64,000 bases of DNA, taken from an uncultured Prevotellaceae bacterium (GTDB taxonomy: Bacteria > Bacteroidota > Bacteroidia > Bacteroidales > Bacteroidaceae). Position numbers and translations under genes: made by a program. The DNA is taken from contig CAMBDA010000015.1 of assembly GCA_945865175.1 (NCBI GenBank), positions 3,082 through 67,081 on the forward strand, given 5' to 3'. The notes beneath the pieces are model-generated. The model searched no databases. It saw nothing but the letters and a program-made list of their open reading frames with translations, and was not told where the DNA came from. Position 1 is the stretch's first letter; every line of letters starts with the position of its first letter. Below are positions 58,117 to 64,000 of the stretch, in pieces.

Positions 58117-59274
58117 CTATTCCGCCCCTTCAGGATTTGCCCCGTCCATCCCCGGCCCTGAAGGGGCGGAACATTTTGAGCCCCCTGCCAGCCAGCGCGA
58201 CGGCGGACATCCCTCTTTTTCGCGGAAGGTACGGGTGAAATGGCTTACCGACAGAAAACCCGCCATCTCGCACACCTCCGTCATCCTCAGCTGGGGCTGC
58301 TGCTTCATCAGTCGCTTGGCATACTCGATGCGGAGGTCGGAAATCCAGTCGCGGAAACTCATTCCATAGACCTTCCTGATGTGGTCCGACAGGTAGGTGC
58401 GATTGGTCCCCAACAACCGGGCCAGTTCGCCCAGGGTGATACCGGGCCGGCGATAGCCCTCGCTGTCCACCCACGTTTTCACCATGTCCGTAATCTCGGC
58501 ATGGCCGGAGCCGGAGCCAGCCACACCTTCAGGGCCTGTCTGTGCCTCCACAAGGCCCTCGTCCTCGCGTATGGCACGCTCCACCCGTTCGAAAAACAGG
58601 ATGTAGTTCTGGTAGGAACAATAGAGACAGACATAGAAGGGGATGGACGACAGAATCCACACGTACACATACGCATCCGGCAGAAAGGTGAGCAGCCCGC
58701 TGCTCACGCCGAACCCTATGGCCCAGAAGGTGAACACCCGCAGCCAGCGCACATAGGAGCCGATGTCATCGGAATGGGTTTCACAGAAGCGTCTGGTGGC
58801 CCTGGCATAGGTTCTCAGCAGCCGGACCGACAGCAACAGCCCGTACACCACCAGCACACCGGCCAGCACCCCCATGCCCCACGGCTGCCCACCGGCCGGC
58901 AACAGCAACACCATCCCCGACACGGCCGAGAAGGCCATCCACAGGGCCACATGGCATCCCATACGCACCGGAGTGACATAGCGCTTGTCGAGCAGCACGG
59001 TCATGGCCGAACTGAACAGCCAGTAGCAAAGGAAATAGGTGGAGAGATTCATCAGGATGGTGGCGTTCACATGGGTGAGCCGGATGGAAAGGAAAAGATG
59101 CACCGCATAATTGGCCGACAGCAGCAGCAAGGCCGTCCCCATCAGTCTGCGCGAGAGCAGGAAGGTGGAGAAGATGCGTTTCTCGGGAGCCCTGCCCAGG
59201 AGCATGTGAAAGCCGAAGAAAAGCATCAGCGGCAAGGCAATCTGTAACGACCGATGATAGAGCGACTGGTCCAT
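58117..59274 (-). CDS. Membrane-anchored AraC-family transcriptional regulator
   Basis: Start trimmed to MDQSLYHRSLQ. About 6-7 TM helices in the N-terminal 260 aa, then an HTH_18/AraC domain (LGELARLLGTNRTYLSDHIRKVYGMSFRDWISDLRIEYAKRLM...SHFTRTFRE). Confidence 0.8.
   Translation of the reverse strand: MDQSLYHRSLQIALPLMLFFGFHMLLGRAPEKRIFSTFLLSRRLMGTALLLLSANYAVHLFLSIRLTHVNATILMNLSTYFLCYWLFSSAMTVLLDKRYVTPVRMGCHVALWMAFSAVSGMVLLLPAGGQPWGMGVLAGVLVVYGLLLSVRLLRTYARATRRFCETHSDDIGSYVRWLRVFTFWAIGFGVSSGLLTFLPDAYVYVWILSSIPFYVCLYCSYQNYILFFERVERAIREDEGLVEAQTGPEGVAGSGSGHAEITDMVKTWVDSEGYRRPGITLGELARLLGTNRTYLSDHIRKVYGMSFRDWISDLRIEYAKRLMKQQPQLRMTEVCEMAGFLSVSHFTRTFREKEGCPPSRWLAGGSKCSAPSGPGMDGANPEGAE
58120..58171 (+). 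terminator. Long perfect inverted repeat after yebC (probable terminator)
   Basis: 15-bp arms TTCCGCCCCTTCAGG/CCTGAAGGGGCGGAA with a 22-nt loop, followed by CATTTT. It lies inside the 3' end of the convergent AraC-like ORF. Confidence 0.6.
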
Positions 59275-59413
59275 ACCATTTTTCCTTTTTCTGCTGCAAA
59301 TGTACGGTTTTTCCCCGACATGGCAAGCGAAAAGGGCACAATTGACACAAAAAAAAACATGGCATGCCCCCTCACACACTGTAAGGGGCGACACAGTTCT
59401 ACATCCACTGCGC
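59265..59413 (-). repeat. Repeat copy B: the native terminator-like hairpin, promoter (-7 box rc of 59297-59304, TACATTTG), 5' UTR and start of the AraC-like gene
   Basis: Reverse complement aligns to 22021-22167. The promoter-proximal ~80 nt are identical. Confidence 0.9.
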
Positions 59414-59534
59414 GATGGAGTGATGGGGCTAAACACCCCGATATGAAACTATTCCGCCCCTTCTTTGGGCACCATGCAATCCCTGGGGGGCGCCCAATCC
59501 CTGAGTCACCAAGCGCTGGTTTTCAATTATCCGC

Positions 59535-59960
59535 TCATGGCTTGATGATGCCGTTGTCCGTGTCCTTCAGGTGGATAGTCTTCTCTACAGCCTGATGCCT
59601 CCGGCCTCTGCTCACGCGCCACGACAGATTGAGCGAAAGGCTGTTTCCGGTATCCCGGCTGTAGCCACGGTACAGCTTGTACAGGTGACAGTTGAGCAGT
59701 TCGGTCTCGGCCGTCATGAAGTTGCGGACCTGCGGATTGGACCACGAAAGGGAAAAATGTCAGTCCTTGTGCCTGTGGGATGCCTGCAGGACAGAATAGC
59801 CGGCATAGAGCATGGTGTAGAGCAGGTCTATCGCCTTCTGGCTGGTCTGGGTGTAGAGAAACTTTTGTCATCGTCGGTCCGCTCATAGTGGGCCATATTG
59901 GGCTTGTGGCAATGTCTGTAGAACACGTCGGCAAAGGTGTTCCATCTGCTGTAGGTATTC
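59535..59960 (-). pseudogene. Frame-disrupted ORF remnants of unknown family
   Basis: Three minus-strand pieces in different frames (NTYSRWNTFADVFYRHCHKPNMAHYERTDDD / KFLYTQTSQKAIDLLYTMLYAGYSVLQASHRHKD* / HFSLSWSNPQVRNFMTAETELLNCHLYKLYRGYSR...IIKP*). I recognise no family. Confidence 0.35.
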
Positions 59961-60098
59961 TGAGTTTTAATTTAATTTGTAAAGACTAAACACTCGTTTT
60001 TTTGGTAACTACTCAGGTAGTTTTATCCATTATCCCCATACGTAGCCTCTCTCGTTGATGGCACCGAGAGTAGGTTGATTTTCAAATAAAACATGAGT

Positions 60099-60715
60099 TT
60101 ATAATTTTAGCATACTCGGTTTGATTTGTGCTATTAATTGTAACCCGAGGAATGGAGACATTGCTTGTTTTTTGGCAGTGTCTATGATAGAGTGCAACAT
60201 GGCATATGTTTCGGCTCCGGAGAACGTACGGAAAAGTCCGGCGACCTTCATTTTGGTCTTGGCCGGCCTGAAAGCCCGTTCACTTGCATTATCCCGAAGT
60301 TGGGATAACTCAAATTGTTGTCATATGGGACATCCGGGTTATCCAGGAAAGTGAAGATATAGTCTTTTTTGTTGGACAACCCGTTTTTCATTCTCGTGAA
60401 CTCCTTGTCATCTGTACCAAGAGGACGGTCAAGCAGTTCATTCAGCCGCTTCCTCAACCCATCTCGATCGATTACATCCCACGCCTTCTCTCTGCGTTGC
60501 TTCATTGGTATGATACGGCGTGCTCTTCACAGAGATACACAACCAAAGCCTGCACATTGGGACCGTAAAAGACATCCCCGTTTACACCTTCAGGAAACTC
60601 GCTGCATACCGTATCCACAATTAGGACACAACTGCTCCAGGATGAAATACTGGGTTGCGAGAGGGGCCGGAAAACACATGTCTATTATCGGAGCCACTTC
60701 TTTCTCGAGTCTAAT
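60099..60715 (-). mobile_element. IS66-family transposase remnant with multiple frameshifts and the DDE core deleted
   Basis: Minus-strand pieces, in order: a CPNCGYGMQ zinc finger; FYGPNVQALVVYLCEEHAVSYQ*; MKQRREKAWDV...FLDNPDVPYDNN; then, after a frameshift, NASERAFRPAKTKMKVAGLFRTFSGAETYAMLHSIIDTAKKQAMSPF, the typical IS66 C-terminus. GC content is visibly lower than in the flanks. Confidence 0.6.
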
Positions 60716-60813
60716 CTGTATAAATCAAGGGATTTCCCTTGATTTGGAAGAAGCAAATAATACGCTATTACTGAGCATAAGGGGGGCCATATCAGATCCT
60801 TCCTATGCATTTG

Positions 60814-61035
60814 TTACTCCGTTCCCATAGGCTTGACAACGTTGAGAGATAGTGGCCTTGACTTCAGCGTGACACGGTCAACGCTCTGTCGTTTGGTCTC
60901 GTCGCTCATGTCGGCATAGATCTGAGTGGTCTCGACATTCTTGTGTCCGAGTATTCTCTGGATGTTATAGATGCTTGTTCCGGCATCTGCCTGAAGTGAG
61001 CCGTCAGCACAGGAAGAATTGAGCGGGGATGTTTT
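60814..61035 (-). pseudogene. C-terminal remnant of a tyrosine recombinase/integrase
   Basis: LQADAGTSIYNIQRILGHKNVETTQIYADMSDETKRQSVDRV matches the LGH...TT..Y box II region. The upstream R-H box is degenerate (NSSCADGS) and no intact N-terminal part exists. Confidence 0.55.
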
Positions 61036-61227
61036 CCGCTAAACCCAACCATATCGGACAGCGCATACGTTGTAATCGCCAAAGTGGAGTCTTTGGGCAG
61101 AATGTCTTTTGCCAAACACCAAAATAACCAAAAGGGCTGATACCTCGTGAGAAGTGTCAGCCCAAATTTATTTCGTTTCTCTTCTTGACTGCAAAGATAC
61201 ACTTTTTTCCACGAACTGGTTCTCTGG

Positions 61228-61593
61228 CTATTCCTGGTTCTTGCACCTGGATGCAAAGAGCTCGTATGCCAGCAGCAGTACGATGAGGGCGATACATACC
61301 ATGCTCACCTGTTTCTGCACGAGGGTGTAGAAATAGGTGGAGCGGATGCGGTAGACCACGTCGCCTGTGACGGTGGCCCGAAGACTGTCGGCCAGATGGG
61401 GACAGTCCTTGGCCAGCCGTTCATCGTAGCGCCATGAGCCAAAGGGCTCTTCCATGGTGATGGTGATGCCGTTGCGTGTGCGCACATCGGCGGGACGTCC
61501 GGCAAAATAGAACAGCAGTCCCCAGAACATGGGTATCAGTACCAGCAGGAGCATGCGCACGGCGATGCCGCGCTTGGAGAATTTCTTTGTCAT
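61228..61593 (-). CDS. Hypothetical two-TM membrane protein (121 aa)
   Basis: MTKKFSKRGIAVRMLLLVLIPMFWGLLFYFAG... and C-terminal MVCIALIVLLLAYELF. Lies 25 nt downstream of the sulfotransferase gene. Confidence 0.6.
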   Translation of the reverse strand: MTKKFSKRGIAVRMLLLVLIPMFWGLLFYFAGRPADVRTRNGITITMEEPFGSWRYDERLAKDCPHLADSLRATVTGDVVYRIRSTYFYTLVQKQVSMVCIALIVLLLAYELFASRCKNQE

Positions 61594-61618
61594 TGTTTTC
61601 TGATGGAAGATGAGATGG

Positions 61619-62728
61619 TTACAGGCGGGGGTAGCTCCATGCGTCGAGCACTTCGCCCCAGTGCTCGTTGACCAGACTCACGGTCCGGGGGTCGTAGGCA
61701 TACTTGTTTTTCTTGTATCCCTTTTTGCCGCCGATATATTTCTCAATGGCAGGCCGGGCTTCTTCCCATCCGGGGAGCGAAAGGTCGTGATAGATGCGCG
61801 CTGTCATGCCCAGGGCGTCCTGCTCGATGTCCTCGAAGCGCACTTCAAAGAGGTTGCCTTCGGGGATAAAGCGTTTCTGCTTCTGATAGGCATGGTAGAG
61901 GTCCATGTAGATGTGCAGGATGTTCTGCTCCATCTCTTCCTGGCTGATGGAATGGAGTTCCAGCGGCTTGATGGTGTTGAGAAAGAAGTTGCGGGTGCTC
62001 TCAAACACGGTGTAGGGGTTGCGGATGAGATAGACGAACTTGGCATTGGGGTAGAGTTCGGTGAGTGCCTTCACACGGCCTGTGTGGGGCGGATTCTTGC
62101 TCAGGTATTGTGTGCCTCCGGTGTTCCACAGCGAGATGCGTACCAGTTTGTCGAACTCCTGCTTGAAGAGCGCCTCTTCCTGGGGCGTAATCTTGCTGAA
62201 AGTGAGATAGCGGTCGGCATATTCCTGCATCTTCTCGGGGAAGAACCAGAAGTTGTAGTAGTTGATGGGGCAGGCATTGTTGATGGCAAACTCCTCCTCC
62301 TGTGGCAGGTCGGGGGCCAGCTCCATGTTGTCGGTGGGCCGATGGTCGGGCATGAGCCATCCCATGGTGGGCTTGAAGAATCCCTGCAGCGCCATCACAT
62401 AGTGGGGAAAGACGGTCTGATAGGTGGTAGTGTAGCCGAAATGCTTGTCCTGGGCAAAGATGTTGTGGAGGAAGGTGGTGCCGCTCCGCCAGTGGCCGAG
62501 AATGAAGAGCGGGTCGTGGGCAGGCTTGCTTTCAGCCAGCAGTTTGCGGTATTTGCGCTCCTGAAGAGGCACACATACGCTGAGCAGCCGGCACACGGCC
62601 TTGGTGAGCAGATACTTGGTGCGCTTTTCGGGGGCAATGTGCTGTCCGCTTGTGACAGCCTTGAATGTCTGCCAGTCGGCTCCCACCAGGGTGTTGACCG
62701 GCAATTTGCTGAATTCCAGAAGTCCCAT
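61619..62728 (-). CDS. PAPS-dependent sulfotransferase-family protein
   Basis: 369 aa. 5'-PSB loop GHWRSGTTFL and 3'-PB region YLSKNPPHTGRV...YLIRNPY. Confidence 0.8.
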   Translation of the reverse strand: MGLLEFSKLPVNTLVGADWQTFKAVTSGQHIAPEKRTKYLLTKAVCRLLSVCVPLQERKYRKLLAESKPAHDPLFILGHWRSGTTFLHNIFAQDKHFGYTTTYQTVFPHYVMALQGFFKPTMGWLMPDHRPTDNMELAPDLPQEEEFAINNACPINYYNFWFFPEKMQEYADRYLTFSKITPQEEALFKQEFDKLVRISLWNTGGTQYLSKNPPHTGRVKALTELYPNAKFVYLIRNPYTVFESTRNFFLNTIKPLELHSISQEEMEQNILHIYMDLYHAYQKQKRFIPEGNLFEVRFEDIEQDALGMTARIYHDLSLPGWEEARPAIEKYIGGKKGYKKNKYAYDPRTVSLVNEHWGEVLDAWSYPRL

Positions 62729-62752
62729 ATTGATTGGCTGTTTTCTTGTTTG

Positions 62753-64000
62753 TTATTTCACTATTCTGATTTCCAGTCCCTGGCGGGCGAGGTCTTTCAC
62801 CACTTTCTCCACTACGGCTTCCTCCTCCGGGCGGATGCCCAGACGGGTGAGGTTGATGACAGGCAACTGTTCCTGCTCACGGCCCTCTTCGGCTATCGGC
62901 CTGCGAATCATACCCACGGCACAGGTGTTGTTGGTGATGGGGTCGATGAGGATAAAACTGCCGGTGGCGCGGTTGGTGGCATAGTCGTCAAAGAAGAGGG
63001 TCTTGGCTGTGGTTATCTGTACCAGACCAATCTCGTTGAGTTTGAAGTCGGTTCCCTGGAGATGCTCCATGGTGTTCACGTCCACGCGGTAGCACACCTT
63101 GTCGATGGTGGCTCGTGTGGTGTTGGTGTTGTGCTTGAGGAAGAACTGCTTGCCACGGTCCATGGGCTCTTCGTCCATCCACACAAGCATGGTCTCGATG
63201 CAGCGTCCGATGTGGGGCAGGTTGTCGGGGTGTACGAGCATTTCTCCACGGGATATGTCTATCTCGTCTTCCAGCGTAAGGGTTACACACTGGGGACAGA
63301 AGGCTTCCTTGAGGTTGCCTTCGTAGGTGACAATCTGCTTCACATGAGAGCGTTTCATGCTGGGCAGGGCCACAATCTCGTCACCCTCATGCACCACACC
63401 GCTGGCAATTTTGCCGCTGAAACCACGGAAGTCAAGATTGGGACGCAACACATACTGCACGGGATAGCGGAAATCGTTCATGTTGCGGTCCTGATGGATG
63501 GGTACAGTCTCCAGAAAGTCGAGCAGGGCTTTCCCCTGGTACCAGGGCGTGCGGGTGCTGCGCTCCACTACGTTGTCTCCGTCGAGGGCGCTGAGAGGGA
63601 AACAGGTGACATCGTCTATGCCCAGGCGTGTGGTGAGATCCAGGTATTCGTCCTTGATGCGGTTGAACACTTGCTCGTCAAAGCCCACCAGGTCCATCTT
63701 GTTCACGGCCAGTACGATGTGCTTGATGCCAAGCAGGCTTACGAGATAGGTGTGGCGACGGGTCTGGGTGATGACTCCTGTGCGGGCATCCACCAGGATG
63801 ATGGCCAGGTTGGCTGTGGAGCCGCCTGTAATCATGTTGCGTGTGTATTGCTCGTGTCCGGGGGTGTCGGCGATGATAAACTTGCGTGCGTTGGTGCTGA
63901 AATAGCGGTAGGCCACATCGATGGTGATACCTTCTTCGCGCTCGGCTTTCAGTCCGTCGAGCAAGAGGGCATAGTCGATTTGTCCGGCTCCTGCATTACC
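62753..64000 (-). CDS. cysN: Sulfate adenylyltransferase subunit 1, partial (N-terminus beyond the right edge)
   Basis: GTPase motifs DTPGHEQY and NKMD, with domains II/III. A ~45-aa C-terminal extension is present. The frame stays open to the window end. Confidence 0.85.
   Translation of the reverse strand, partial: GNAGAGQIDYALLLDGLKAEREEGITIDVAYRYFSTNARKFIIADTPGHEQYTRNMITGGSTANLAIILVDARTGVITQTRRHTYLVSLLGIKHIVLAVNKMDLVGFDEQVFNRIKDEYLDLTTRLGIDDVTCFPLSALDGDNVVERSTRTPWYQGKALLDFLETVPIHQDRNMNDFRYPVQYVLRPNLDFRGFSGKIASGVVHEGDEIVALPSMKRSHVKQIVTYEGNLKEAFCPQCVTLTLEDEIDISRGEMLVHPDNLPHIGRCIETMLVWMDEEPMDRGKQFFLKHNTNTTRATIDKVCYRVDVNTMEHLQGTDFKLNEIGLVQITTAKTLFFDDYATNRATGSFILIDPITNNTCAVGMIRRPIAEEGREQEQLPVINLTRLGIRPEEEAVVEKVVKDLARQGLEIRIVK

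Noticed and set aside
58117-59463. Identical 15-mer CTATTCCGCCCCTTC at 58117-58131 and 59449-59463, flanking the AraC-like gene plus repeat B. Considered as possible att-like direct repeats.
   Set aside because: By rough expectation, a 15-nt match is only marginally unlikely in 64 kb of GC-rich DNA. The first copy is just one arm of the yebC terminator. No intact recombinase is associated. I keep it as a note only.
60612-60619. TATCCACA, a DnaA-box-like octamer.
   Set aside because: It is a single occurrence inside the IS66 remnant. There is no cluster of boxes and no adjacent AT-rich unwinding element, and dnaA is not nearby.

Overview
This 64-kb window is a chromosomal segment from a visibly GC-rich member of the Bacteroidota, probably Bacteroidales. 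Third codon positions are strongly G/C; I did not compute GC content. The taxon call rests on exact matches to the Bacteroidota -7 promoter box TAnnTTTG, which sit about 7-85 nt upstream of many start codons, and on gene content (DapL-type lysine pathway, short AMP nucleosidase, eukaryote-like GH13 branching enzyme). Most of the window is core metabolism and housekeeping. In order: dapL-dapF, rmuC, aguB-aguA, Nif3 plus zinc-ribbon partner, an HsdR_N-domain protein, AMP nucleosidase, holA, an XRE-type HTH protein, pyrK-pyrD, a Tat-signal metallophosphoesterase, araD-araA-araB, a four-domain CoA-disulfide reductase/rhodanese/TusA/DsrE fusion, a CPBP protease, the aromatic amino acid operon pheA-aminotransferase-DAHP synthase/chorismate mutase-tyrA, a Cu/Zn-efflux permease, mtnN-luxS-DMT transporter, glyA, pyrI-pyrB, PBP1A, kdsB, a 14x MORN-repeat protein, glgB, an aspartate aminotransferase, a LolE-like permease, prmA, a low-complexity secreted protein plus FadL-like porin, an acyltransferase, a MATE pump, ettA, menA, dnaB, pheT, yebC, a membrane-anchored AraC regulator, and a cysN-sulfotransferase cluster that runs off the right edge. 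Only three short stretches look accessory. They are the AT-rich 10.05-10.76 kb spacer, the 21.4-22.3 kb small-ORF/repeat region, and the 59.4-61.2 kb graveyard of IS66 and integrase remnants. I found no rRNA, tRNA or CRISPR array, and no convincing novel multi-gene defence or secretion system. The best candidates for new biology are: (1) a Tyr/Phe-rich leader peptide with terminator/antiterminator upstream of pheA; (2) two translationally coupled small membrane ORFs, one too short for the ORF track, beside a CPBP protease and an orphan promoter copy; (3) a ~148-bp near-identical inverted repeat pair 37 kb apart; (4) a promoter-plus-terminator unit with no ORF, a candidate sRNA; (5) a PAPS-synthesis/sulfotransferase cluster. 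Long ORFs antisense to real genes are common here because of the GC content and were ignored.
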